Positions 13,465-27,367 of a stretch of DNA of 64,000 nt are shown here, one piece after another. The stretch is taken from assembly GCA_951406725.2 (NCBI GenBank), contig OX597830.1:58466001-58530000 (forward strand), given 5' to 3'. The notes under the pieces were generated by a model, which was not told the DNA's origin, did not search any database, and saw only the letters and a list, made by a program, of their open reading frames with translations. Source of the stretch: Octopus vulgaris. Lineage: Eukaryota. The position numbers were made by a program, and so were the translations under genes. Every line of letters begins with the position of its first letter. Within the stretch, counting starts at the first letter, position 1.

Positions 13465-16400
13465 GACACTATACCAGAACACTAACTACTAAAACAGCCC
13501 TCTTAAAATACTCTGAGACTGCCAAGATAAACAGAAGAAACACATACACACAGGAACTGCCACAACATCAACAGTGCTGAGGAAGAGCAAAATCTGTGCT
13601 GAAGAACAGAAACTGAGTGAATCCACTGGCAGAGTTTGTGAACATACAGAAACAGACTGGAGAGTAGAAAGAATGCAACATGTCCAGATTGTTATATTCC
13701 ACCACATAAAATTCATCACTGCACATCTGAATGTTCAGGCAGGGTATAATTGGGTAAAACAACCCATGCCAGCATAGAAAGCAGATGTTAAATGATGATG
13801 ATGCAGGCTATGTTGGTGTCATAACCCTGCTGGATCAGAGCTAACTTGGAATTACACAAACAACAATCAACGGTAGGTGAAATTTGGTGGACAGGAACTG
13901 CAGAAGCTTGTCAGAGGGAGTGTTCTTCTTGTCTTGGGTGGTGGACTATCAACAAGTTGACCACTACCATAATACCTTTAAGTATCTTTAGCAGTGTTCA
14001 CTCTGTTGTAAGAATTTAGGCTATGTCTCTGATCTAATGATAACTTGCTACCTTTATCCAACTAATCTCTGATACCCTAAAAATGGTTACAGGTGTTGCC
14101 CTCACTCCTCTGATCAAACCTTAAAAAAATAATGAAGTTTGGTGAATAGTTTACGGAGTTCATTTTTGGGTGGCTCTTACTGCTAAACTACTCATATGCT
14201 CCTGCCTGAAAGGCTTTCCAATTGTGGCAATATATATATATATATATTTTAAAAACTATTTTTAAAACAGTAGAATGTAATATAAGGAAATGCGGTTGTT
14301 ATTTTTCAGATTGAGCAACTACGTACCAAGGTCCTTTATCGGCTTGTGATGTTTACTATGTACTATGGGGTGTGAATACATTAGATATGACCAAATGGGT
14401 AAGCACTGTTCTTGCATGTAAGAGCAGCATGTTGAAAATCTTTGGCAACACTGAGAGATTAAACTAATCTGTGCACAAGTGATTAGTGGCATTCAGGTGG
14501 AAGTAGGACAAGTTATATGAAGAATAAATTCAGAGAGGTTGTTCTCTACACTTGTCTAATATATGTCACACAGAAAAAAACAGTAATTATCATGTCTAGT
14601 AATTACAGAATGTGTAAATGACAAAAGTTCAAAAGTACATTATGGTATCTAAAAATAATACATATTTGTTTTAATAATAACGTTTAATATTTCATATAGT
14701 CAGTTATGATCTTAAATTAACTCAGTAGAAATTACTATAAAACTGGCAATGTACTATATTAAACATTTGCAATTTAATTCAGTAAAGTTGTAATTAAAGA
14801 AGTAATTGAAATGATTATCTCATTTGACCTAAATTCAGAATAACTACTAAACTACAGTAGTCTTGAACCACTCTAGTTTGTCAGAGCTAAAACCCGACTA
14901 AAAGGAAAAGAGAAAAGTATATAGAAAGGAAGACTATTCAACAGGCATTTAGAAGATATTCTGTTAATATCTTTATTTTCCAAGTGATACGGGAGGAAGA
15001 AATTAAAAAGGAGTCCCAAGGGTTATCCACATTCTCAAATTTAACATCACTTCCTTCTAGATTTTATTTGGTGTACGCTCCCTGTAACTAACAGGTTCAC
15101 AAAGGGTTTTTTTTTTAAATCTGTTTGTTCCCCCCCCCCCCTCACTCAGCAACATCAAATCGGTTTGCAGGAGAGATGAATCAGCTCATTGATCTTTCTT
15201 GTAAACATCAGTGAACACCTTCAATAACCAGCTACAATCGACTCACTTCACCTCAGCCTTTTATGCAAATTTATGCAGCACACCCAGCAGATCATACACA
15301 GTTTGTGCTTGTCCAGCTGCTGTAGACCATCACCTATTCTTTAGCCGGAGACAAAAACATTTATTGCCAACATCAGTTGCCTAGACTTCCATTCGATCGG
15401 TACTCTGGTTATTAAACATTTACTGCGACTACTTCCAATGTTAATTAAAATAAGTTCATTAAGATATGTTTAAAATTAAATGCACATGCATTCAAAATTA
15501 CAACTGACAAGCTACTGTGAAATGTAAATCCTGTAAACTGACTAATTATCCAACGGTTACTACACATAACACTGCAAGCTTTTTAATGACTCATCCTAAA
15601 CATTTAAAATAATATAATTTCATTACAGAAAAAGTATTTGATTTTTCAGCAGCAATTTTTCAAAACACACATCTACAAGTTGGGAGGCATTTCTCATATA
15701 TTCAACCTTCAATTTACATTCTAAAAATTAACTTCAATCCCCTTTTTTTTTTTTTTGCTGAAAAATACAAATGATATATTCTATCATAGTAAACATCTAC
15801 AATTTACTTATGAAAATATGCAAATTTTAAAACATATTTTCAATGATGCTCAATAAATATTAGCATAAATATTAGCATAAAAAAAATCTAGATGGTCACT
15901 GCTGGAGCACCTTCCGATACCAAGGTCTAATTGATCATCCAGGATTAAGTTTAGATAAAAACTGTTAAGCATTTTCCACTGCAAATGAATTAAAATTTTA
16001 AAACCTTAAATAAATGCAATGACTACCATTATCAAATGAATTTATCCATCCTTAATACCACCAGAGATACTATCTTCCACATTAAAAACAGCAGAATCAC
16101 AATAAAAATAAAAAACACAAAAGAGACTGTTAGGTCTGTTTTCATTTAAAATATTTAGACCTTGTTTCGTCAAAAATACTGCTGAAACCAGATTTCCACT
16201 ATTTCGTTATGTGATGGTAAGGAAATACAGCAAACTACTACAAAGATGTGGAGATAAAGTTGAAGAGGACTTCAAATAGCTGTGAGTCATAGTTTCTAGT
16301 TGATGGAATACCTACTGTAATCAGTGAACTGGGGAAGATATACACCAGCAGTGGAGTGATACAACTTAGCTTATTAAATTAACCCAGCTAGGCTGATAAA

Positions 16401-17925
16401 ACATTGCCATAGGATACGCTTGTCACCTTCAAGCAATAAGAGAGAAGAGAGAAAAAATATATATTAAAGGAGCTTGAAAGGAGTAAAAGTCTATGGAAAA
16501 CATTCAACTTCTTTATATCCAATTTTAATGCTGCTTCTATCTTGTGAATATTTCATTTAAAAAAAAAGAAGTACAGGATGAAAAGAGGAAACAAACCAAC
16601 ACCTAATGATTTATTCAAGACACAAGTAAAACCTTAATACTGATTAAATGCTGAGTATCTTTTTATGTTTGTCTTGTTTCAGTCGTTAGACTATGGCCAT
16701 GCTAGAGCACTGCTTTGAAGAATTTTAACCAAACAAGCCCAGTACATATTCTATTAGCCTGTTTTGCCAAACTGCTAAGTTCAGGGATGTAAACACATCG
16801 ACACTGGTTGTCAAGCAGTAGGAGAAAGAAGTTAAACACACACACATGGCTGGCTTTTCACAGTTTGCGTCTACTAAATCCACTCATAAGGCTTTGGTTG
16901 GCCCAAGGTTATGTGTTTAGGAAGCAAACTTCTTACCACACAGCCACGCCTGTGGAACAATTATTGCAAATGTGTTGCTAATGTAGAAAACCTTCATTAA
17001 TTGTAAAGTAGGACAAGTGAACTAAAGTGATAGATATGCAACAACATATCCTACAATTATTTAAGCCACCTCATCATGACATCATCTTCACATAAAATTT
17101 CACACACATACACTAACATAAAAAGTTTAATGATGTGAAAAAGAAAAAAAAAATAATCATATTAACAGTCGACTGGTGGAAAGGGAGATTAACCCCAAAG
17201 CAAGTTATTTTCTATTAAAGAGAAAACAGCAATGAAAAGAAAATAGTACATAAAGAAATTAGACTACCAAGTGGTCGTAACACTCAAAACATTTTATTTA
17301 TTCGTATACAAGATTGTACAATACATATTAACACAATTTTTCAAATTCCAACATTGAAAGACTCCATCAATGAACAACAAATTACTGTAATACTAAATCA
17401 TACATTTAAAATTAAACTTGGCTAACTTCGCATTCCTAGTCAACTAAGAGACACAATAACAAAACAAGGGGGGAAACAAAATGTTGGAAAATCATTCAAA
17501 TTTCCCATGTCATTTCAATGTTAAAAACAATAATTATCTTGATAAGCAATCAATTTCAATATCATTATAAATTTCCTGATTATTCATAGCCTATAATTTC
17601 TAACAAAGGGCCTAATCTAAATTGTTAATGTATTTCTATTCAACATGCTTATATACATTTCTGTTATATTTCCCACAAAACCCAGGTCTCAAAATGAGAA
17701 GAGTAGTATTTTTAGCAAAGCTAAACAGCCAATGCTTCAAATAATCCACAGAAGAAAAGATTTCTCCTAAGCTTATGGAAATCAGCTATGGAGAAACAAA
17801 GCAAACAGTTGGCAGATGATGCAAATATGTCTTTAAAAGATTAATATTAGAAGTGAGAGTATGTGTGTATAGTCTTGTACACACATTGTAAACATACCCA
17901 CCTACATTGAATACATTCTGTTATG

Positions 17926-18056
17926 TTGTTCACCTAGATGCATTTTGTACAGCACTGTCCAGCTAGGTGCACTTTGTACAGCATTGTCTAACTAAATACA
18001 GTACTGTCCAGCTGGGGTGCAGTCCATACTGCTGTCCAGCTAAATGCACTTTGGTA
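17926..18056. repeat. Degenerate ~29-nt minisatellite (4-5 units)
   Basis: Repeating CTGTCCAGCTAGGTGCACTTTGTACAGCA-like unit. Confidence 0.7.
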
Positions 18057-19789
18057 TGACACTAGACAAGATACCTAAGTGCATGGTTACCCTTGATCAC
18101 TCTACTCAGTTCTAACTGGAGATAGTTTAACCTTTTAATACTCAGATTACTCTGTCAAATGTAATGTTTATTAATTCACATTGTTTTGAATTAATTAGAC
18201 ATTATGTTGTAGCTTTGAGATTTCAGTGATGTGACTATTTTTAGAACAACATTGCAGGGTAGGCATGAGAGGCTGGATCTGGCTGGTCTGAACATAAAAA
18301 TAGAACACTCAGGCTGGATAAGCCTGGTTTAAATGGTAGATGATATAGATTTAACGTTGCTTCTCTTTTAATAACATTTAAGAACTTAAAAGAAAAAACA
18401 GGATCAACTAAAAAAAAATAAAAGAGGTTAAACAGAAAAGGTCAGACATGATTGTAAGAAGAAAATCGTCTTGAAAGCTTAGTTGTTATCCAGTTTAGAT
18501 TTCCTACAAATATCAAAACAATTCCAATAGATACATCACCCAAACTAAAAAGAATTTATGTTATTTTGGGAGGGAACATTTCATGCCAGTGCACAGCAAA
18601 CTATCGAGAATTTTGTTTTGTTTTGTTTTTTTTTCCATCTTAAATTTAAATAAAATAATCAGAGAGCAACAGAATAAGAAACATGTTGACTTAATGGATC
18701 ATTCAAATTTCTACAACTCAGAATTCAAAACTAAAACTATGACAAAAATGCAAACTATGACTGAAAATCCGACTTCTTAGGAAATATTGATACCAAGAGA
18801 CTTCAATTAAAATATAGATATTTTTATAAAAAAAAAAAAAAAAAACAACTGACAGATTATATAAATAACATTACTATTGCAAAATTATTTGGAAGAATCA
18901 ATGAATTTTAAAACAGAAAAGATGTAGGAGCAAAGTAATTTTGTTTAATGACTATTAAAAATTTACTGAGCCTAAATTTTATGCATGGATTCAGCAAGAA
19001 TTTTCCAACTTTATAACATAATTTCTTGTTATTCCTCTTGATTTAGAAAACTAAATCAATTTCAAAAACTAGTTAATGTAGTAGTTTCTGAAACTAATTT
19101 AAAATCATGCTGAGAAAAGAAAGCACTTCGAGGTTGCAAATAAGGTATTGGGTTAGCAGTCCAGTCACGTGAAAATATCAATGGAAAGCAAAACAAACCC
19201 ACCTAACTTGATCAAAAGAGGCTCTTTAGTCTCAGAGATCAAAGGCATATTTTTGCCAAAACTTGTCAAAGGAAATTGGAAGGCCATGGAAAGATTTTTG
19301 TAAATAACATGAAACTATTAGAAAGGACTGCACATGATGCGTAACTTGAAAGTCATACTTTACACAGAGATGAAGGATTTTGGAGAAGAAAAGAATTGTT
19401 CCATAGGCACAGGGTATGGCTACGTGATTCAGTCCCACTATGTGGCACCTTGGGCAAGCGTCTTCTACTTGTAGCTCCAGGACAACCAACACCTTGTGAG
19501 TGAATTTGGTAGATGGAAACTATGTGGAAGCCTGTCATGTGTCTCTGTATGTATATAAACACACACAAGCACACATGTGTATTTGTGTTTGCCCCCCACC
19601 ACCATTTGACAACCGGTATTGGTTCATTTGCCTCCCTGTAACTTAGCGATTTGGCAAGAGATTCAGAGGTGCCAGACTTAAAAGAATAAGTACCAAGGTC
19701 AATTGTTCAAGGCAATGCCCTAAACTTGTTCGTGTTCACAGACCCTGCGACTGAAACAAGTGGAAAGGAAAAAGTTCATCATCATCATC

Positions 19790-20630
19790 ATTTTTACACC
19801 TGCTTTACCATGCTTGCATCCATTGGACAGGTCCACTCTAATACAGCAACCCATCATTTATTGTATTCATTGGTCATCCTGAGATCACCTTTCACCACTT
19901 CAGTCCATGTCTTCCTTGGCCTTAGATCTCAAGGTGTCTCTTTGCTTATCTGTCATCATCCATAATCATTACATGTCCACACCAACAAAGTCATCTCTCC
20001 CTCTCTCACACACACACACAGTATCTGATTCCATCATGTCCAGTTTTTCTCTAAGCTCATCTACACCACACACTGCTCATATGCACAATCATTTAACATC
20101 CCATAATATATATTCACTTCATTTCTCTCCAGCTTTCACACACACACACAACAATTAATACCTGCATTTCACCACCTGAAGCACTGCACTTCATACACAA
20201 GCAGCAACAAATCTACCATTTCCTCTTGTTGACAGCCAAGCTAATAGCTGCTCCCTGACCCTTTTTTCCAGTTTGGTCTTGGGTCCCTGTACTTGATGCT
20301 TTCAGAGCATCTCCTTCACAGCTGATTACGTTGCCTCACTAACAGAAGCTATCAACTACAAACTACAGAGCCTTACTACGGAGAATTACATATTCTTCTT
20401 TATTCACTCTCAGCCTGTTCTATATATCAAGCATGGCCATTTCTTTGATAGCAACAGGGTTTTTTTTTCTTTTCTACACACTAAAACTTTAGTATTTACC
20501 AATTTTGTTCTGAAGCCACATGATTCCAGTTTTTCTCACATCTAGAATTTCTTCTCTCAATGTCTTTCTCAGACTCTGCTAGAAGGACTAGGTCATTGGC
20601 ATATAAAAGTTCTCATAGACAGCTGGCCTA
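19790..20630 (-). mobile_element. RTE-clade LINE relic
   Basis: Minus strand reads ELLYANDLVLLAESE…LESCGFRTKLVNTKVLV (RTE reverse transcriptase YADD region) and ends in a (GAT)n tail. Confidence 0.7.
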
Positions 20631-21659
20631 GAACTATAAATAGGAGTAACTCACAAGATATCACAAGAATTGAGGCCTTAAAAAATTTCATGCAGCACTC
20701 TTCTAAACAAACATTTTATTCAATTTTCTTCAGTTGAAATAACCAAAAGTGAGATTCTTTAAGATTTGATCAACCAAATGAAGAATCTCGTTATAACAGT
20801 TAATAAAGTATTTGAAATTATAGAGCAATTTCCATCAGACTAACATACTGAGACTATTTGTAAAATATAAATTCCTTTCTTTAATGTCATTTACTGAATA
20901 TCTTATGTGAGAATAAATTAAAAACAATTAAATCTCTTTTTCAATGTGTAATGACAGAGATTCCCAACAAACTACCAAATACCAAAAAATTAATGATTCT
21001 GGAAAAAAAAAATATTTTAAGAGACAAACTTATAAAACAAGAAAAGGTCTTAAGAATTTGTTGCTTCAAGGATGAACATGAAAACCAAATCCTTTATTTA
21101 TTATCATGAACTTGACATAACCTTGAAATAAACAGTCTTACTCCATGTTCGTGAAAGAAATGAAAACATAAGCATGACTGAACAAGTAACAATTTGTTTC
21201 ATATGGGGTTATTTCAGGAACAAAGTTAAGAATAACTCTATATATATATGTGTATATATATATCATCATCATCATCGTTTAACGTCTGCTTTCCACGCTA
21301 GCACGGGTTGGACGATTCGACCGGGGTCTGGGAAGCCAGGAGGCTGCACCAGGCTCCAGTCTGATCTGGCAGTGTTTCTACAGCTGGATGCCCTTCCTAA
21401 CGCCAACCACTCCATGAGTGTAGTGGCTGCTTTTTACGTGCCACCTGCACAACCACATTCAAAATATTCTTGCTAGTTATATCTCTGACTGGCACATTTT
21501 AATTAAGAAATCATCATCGTTTAATGTCTGTTTTCCATGCTGGCATGGATTGGACAATTTGACTGGGAACTGACAAACCAGGAGGCCACACCAGGTTCCA
21601 ATCTGATTTGGCAATGTTTCTACAGCCAGTTGCCCTTCCTAACGTCAACCACTCAAAGA

Positions 21660-22003
21660 GTGCAGTAGGTGTTTTTATGTGCCACTGGCACGGGAGCCAA
21701 TCAGGCGGCACTGGATTCAACCACATTCAAATTATGCTTTTTATGTGCCACCAGCACAAGAGCCAGTCAAGGTGGGGGTGCTGACATCAACCACGTTTGG
21801 ATGGTGCTTTTTACATTCCACCGGCATGGGAGCCAGTCAGGTGGCACTGGATTCAGCAACACTCAGATGGTGCTTTTTATGTGCCACTGGTATAAAGGAG
21901 CCAGTCGAGGTGTGGGGCGTGGGGGGACTGACATCACCACATTTGGATGGTGCTTTTTATGTGCCACTGGCATGAGGTGCCAGTCAGGTGGCTCTGGCAG
22001 CAA
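21660..22003 (-). repeat. Tandem ~60-nt units inside a family D element (about 6 copies)
   Basis: Repeating GGTGCTTTTTATGTGCCACTGGCA.GGGAGCCAGTCAGG…CCAC.TT.GAT. Confidence 0.85.
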
Positions 22004-23229
22004 CCCAAACAGCCAATACAGAGTTTCAAACTAGACGTATTAGCCACCCATCTATCAATTCAGAGTTGATAAAATACCAGTGATACACTACTGTTGAGTG
22101 AATCAACACACCTCGTCTGCAAAATATAAATATAAATCCGAGTCATAAATTCTAATATGGATATAGATTTAATGTAGTGCCAACTTACTGTCATAAACCA
22201 TGTTGTGACAGTGAAACTACTTATTGTCTTTGTGAAATCAATACATTGCAGATACTTTCTAGAATGTATCTGCAATATATTGACTGAAACAGCAGACAAC
22301 GTACACAGTACTAGCAACACCAGTCAGTCAGTGAATGTTTGATTACAAACGAGAGCTACTGGCAGGATATCTTGTTCAGCATTAATTACTCATAAGTGGA
22401 AACAGATTATTTGAGATTTATAATATAAAGTAGGAATCACATAAATTTGCAATCTACCATAAAAAGGGTTGGTTAACTGCAACCTATTAATGTTTAGTTT
22501 TAGAAGAAATAAAACTTTAAACGTTCATCTGGTGGACGGGTGGCTGATTTGGTAGAGCATCAGATAAAACACTTTCTAGTATTTCATTGAATCCCTTTTT
22601 TTTTTGTCATTTTCTGATTAAATCCTACCCAAGTCCACTTTGTGTTCCAACCTTTCAAGAGCAAGAAACCTAAATACCAGGGCAGATGACTCTAGAATGC
22701 ACTACACAGATATAGACACAATCCAACACTGAAACTAGAAAAATAAAAATGCATATAGGCAGAGCAGTGGCTGTGTGGTAAGAAGCTTGCTTACCAACCA
22801 CATGGTTCTGGGTTCATTCCCAATGCATAGCACCTTGGGTAAGTGTCTTCTACTATAGCCTAGGATGTATTTTTTCCTTTCACTTAAAACTGAGAGTTGA
22901 ATTTGAAATGTTTGACACTGGAAAGAAACGAATTGAACCGACTGCATCAGATGCGCAATTTATTACTCTTTTTTTATTAACTGTTTGGTTTCTTGGACAG
23001 GGTTGTGCATACAACTTTTACAAACCATCTGTGACAAGTGTGGAAGGAGCAGGAATAGTATAGCATAGAAGAGTGAATCAGGAGTGGATGCGTGGCGAAT
23101 GCACAAGAGGATCCATCTCTAAGGAGCAGAGACCATTGTTGTAGTGATAAGAGAGTATGTCTGTGAACTAGACACACTGTATGTCTAGTATTGGCAGATA
23201 ATTTTAGGCTAATCAGTTGGGTAACCATT

Positions 23230-23890
23230 TTCTAGGTTATCTCTGTGCAACATCAGCACTGCTCATGATGTGGAAGCATTATTATATTATGGATGTCATT
23301 TGAACTTTGTAAAAAGTTAGTTGCTGAAAGGCACTAAAATATAATTTGGCTCTGAAGTGGAAGGATGGTCTTTTTGAAGCAATCTTTACTAAGTTGAAGA
23401 TGAGCAATCACCACCAAGAGAGATCCTCACTCATGAGGGTTCTAGATGCTTGTTGTTCCTGTCTGAGAGAGGGGTTGTTTTCTAGACACGTATAGCAATG
23501 ACTCCCTAATGTTGATGACAAGATTCACATCACTACTGGAGAATGGTTTTGAGGTTTCTGTTCAAGGAATTTGTTCAAGTTTGGTGTGAGAATGTCAACA
23601 TTGCAGACGTATGATGCTTAGAAAACATAAGTCCAATGAGTAATAATCATCAGCATAGAAGTACATGCTGATGGAGACAATGGCAAGTAGGTCAATGATG
23701 TATAGGGAAAAGTAGGAGGAAAATAAATTAACCTTGGGGTGCACAAGACTTGATAGAATTGAGGCCAAACAGAGTTCTATGAACACAAGCTGTGAATTCA
23801 AGAGATGAGAAAATGGCTTGAGTTCACAGATAGGCAGCTTTGCTAGAGTTATTTGCCAAATATGTCTAAATGTTTTGTTAATGCCATGTG
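23230..23890 (-). mobile_element. CR1/Jockey-like LINE reverse transcriptase relic
   Basis: ORF 23595-23801 contains FSLYIIDLLAIVSISMYFYADD (RT motifs 4-5), frameshifted. Confidence 0.65.
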
Positions 23891-24503
23891 CAACTTTGTC
23901 ACAGCAGAGAGCCAGTTAAGAGTGATGTAGGATGGAAGGTCTCTACAAGGAATAGCAATGCAAAAGCTGTACTTGTTATCATTAGAGAGGAAGGAAGATT
24001 TAATCAATCACTCTACGAGAAAAGTTAAGCACTGGTATTTATGAGAGCCAATCATACTGGTATGCAAGAGCACAACAGGTCTAAAAGCATCACAAGTTGA
24101 TGCACGATACATGGGATAAGGAGAGGTCAAGGGAAATTTTGAAAAGTTGATGATTGGGTCACACAAATTCAAAACAGAGATAGAATTGCTTTATTACAAA
24201 TTGTTTTTACCCCATCAACTTTGGTTATGATGACAAGGATGAACTAAGTGGATGATACACTGATTCTAACCTCTTCTCATGAGGAAGCACACATTTGACA
24301 TGGCTGATACTCAGAGTTCTGTTAGACTTTCAATGAGATTATACAGGGGAAGGAAAGAAATATTAACACATCTTTCTAAATGCTGCTCATATCAGTGTTA
24401 CTTTATACAGTGAAGCCCCTAACAGCCAAACTGAACTCACTTATGTACACAATAAAAACAGCAACAAACAAAATTAGAGAGAAGACTCAACGTCCAGCAT
24501 TAA

Positions 24504-24724
24504 CCCTTTAGCATTTAATCTGGTCATATTTGGCCAAAATATTCTCTCCTGTTTTAGGTTCAAACTGGCCAGATCCCATCTCTCACACCTACTCTACAAT
24601 ATCATTTTAAAAATATACAGGTACATTGTTGAAATCTTGAAGTTACAAAATAATCCAGGATTAATTTAAAATAATGTGAATAAATAAGCAACGCATTTGA
24701 CAAAGAAATCCGAATGCTAAAGAG
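24504..24724. mobile_element. piggyBac-like MITE, second family
   Basis: TTAA-CCCTTTAGCATT … AATGCTAAAGAG-TTAC. Related copies at ~26405-26600 and, inverted, at ~18130-18340. Confidence 0.75.
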
Positions 24725-27327
24725 TTACGAGATTCTTTGACATTTTCAGATTTAATGGCTGTCAGGTCAGAACCTTATAGAAACATTAATAAAAGTAACA
24801 CACATAATGTTCTCTAAAGATCCTACAACTAATTGAACTACTGGCCACCTCAATTTGATGAGTAATCCACAGGGAATCTTTCTTAATGAAGTACTCATCA
24901 TATAATCAGGCAGCTGATTTTGATACGTGTGTGTGTGTTGTGTACATTGGCTGAATATCCAATTAGTGATATGAGCAAATACTTTTGATATTATGCAATG
25001 TATGACAATGACTGCAACATGTGCAGCAAAATCTTCAGATCAATAATAGAACTCATCTACAACACATTTACACCAGACATCATCATGTGAACCATGTGTC
25101 ATCAGTTAAAAACCATTTGGACAAATGCCTTAACAAGATCAGTTGTGATCAAAGCTGTTGACAAGGTAATTCTGGAAACACCTTGAAGCAAGTCTCTCAT
25201 AAGCTGCTTGACTCAATTAGTTTGTTTGAACTTAGGGTTTACAGCTTAGCAGATATCAGAGGCAGCTTTTTGATTTGATGCTTCATTTTACAACTAATTT
25301 TCATGCAACACTGTATTTGTGATTAGGACAGGATTTTGGGGGGTGGGGGTTAACGTGGAAAATACTTGTAAATGATACTTTTAAGTAATTTGAAATATCG
25401 GATTTAATGAAATCAGAAACTGATGAATGATCAATTAGGCTTATGCACAGAATTTACTTTCCTTTTAAAGAAATTGGTTTATAATCTCAGAACTAAATTT
25501 TCAGTTAGCAGCCGAGTATTCTAAGGAATGGGTCTGCGGGAATGGTCATCTTGATAAAAAACAAAAAAGACCTAAAACAATCAACATTCTAAATATACTA
25601 ATATTTATAGTTTGAGGAAACAAACAGTGAGGCTGAAGTAGGTATGATCACTTAATTCCAGCAGTGTAGTGATGAAACTGGAGTATGTTACAATGGCTGG
25701 GACAAGTTTAAATTACTCTGGCCTTTGTTGGTAATAAAGATATTTTTTAGGAAATGTCGATTGTATAAGGTCAAGTGCAATGATGTGGCAACGACATATG
25801 AAGAGCGTGAGTGAGTTGAGTGTTTGAATGGACAACATCATTTTTTTTTTTTTAATCCAGATTTGTTGAGAAATGACGAGTTTAAATCACAAAATAATAT
25901 CTGTATATGCACACTAATGAATCTTCCGATATACAGTGTTATGGATATATGAAGCTTTTAGCTGAAAGCAGCTAATTATAATTAATGTAAAAATGTTTGG
26001 CTAAAAGGGATGGGACTGGCATCAACCCAACGACTGAGATGGTTGGTTTCAATAACAATTTTGTAATAACTTTACAAAATTTTATCACTTTTCTTGATTA
26101 TTAAAAACATATCAAGCAGCCACTATACAAGCTGTAAGTATAGCATGGACAGGGTTTTAAATCTCATCTGGAGAGTTGCAAGTTCATAAACCCATTCCTG
26201 GTACTAAGCAACACCAAGAGGAAAGCCAGTAAGAAAAGACAAACTATTTCAGTGATAACATATTAAACTACCTGAAAACTGATTTGTAGTTTTTTTGTTT
26301 TTTTCTTTCAGTCCCAAAATTAAATTCTCTTGAATGAAAATGAATTCAAATGCTTAGTGAAGAGAAATAGTAATTAAATTATTTGTTACAATGAAGTAAT
26401 ATGCTGTATCCAGACCAAATATTTTACCAGTTTTATGCTCAAGCTGGCCAGAACCAGCATCTCACACCTACCCTGCAATGTCATTCTAAAAATAAACAAT
26501 TACATCTTTGAAATCTTAAAGTTACAAGATAATACCAGATTAATTTTTAAAATGTGAATAAGTAAGAATTAATTCTGACAAAATAATCTGAATGCTAAAG
26601 TTGAATTTTTGCTATATATTGTACAATGATGCCATGGAAGGTATTTGGTGCCAAATTAACCAAATCCACAGGTCTAAGAAATGAATACTAATCAAACTTC
26701 AACTGGCACAAAAAAAAAAAAAAAAGGATATCTAAACCTATCTTAAAAAGGACGTGTGTGCACATGCGCATGCATGCAAGTATGAAGATATACAAATGCT
26801 TATACACAAGCAAAAACAAAACCCTATTTTACAGAGTCCTTCAAATCAAACTGCATATCAAACAAATAGAGAAATCAACATGACTTTATTAGAAATCAAC
26901 ATGACTTCTTTTGACTGCCCTGTTCACTGACGTGATAATAGAAAGAAAGCTTTTAAATAACCTCCACACATTGTCTACTCTTAACAGAATTTACAATGAA
27001 AAAGATGTTCTCGTAATGCCATTAATAAAGTTTGCCAAAGAGAAAGCTGAACTTTAAGAATTTATCATTGGAAACAAAACAAGACATTGTTTCAAAAATA
27101 GATCATAAATGCTTTTATAACATGTTTAATAATAGCTGCTTTGTTAGATAAGTGACTTTGGTATATTTCTAAATAAACATTTCATAATATAAATACATAC
27201 AATATTGGTTAAATATTTATTATTATTATTATTATAACAAATCACACACAAAAAATACCAGAGATGACAATGAAATTAACAGATATAGATTTATTCTTTA
27301 AGAGTAAAATTTTTAAATATGTAAATC

Positions 27328-27367
<40 letters not shown>

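Noticed and set aside
21660-22003. Regularly spaced repeats resembling a CRISPR array
   Set aside because: The whole ~60-nt unit repeats with no unique spacers, it is internal to a retroposon, and the context is eukaryotic with no cas genes.
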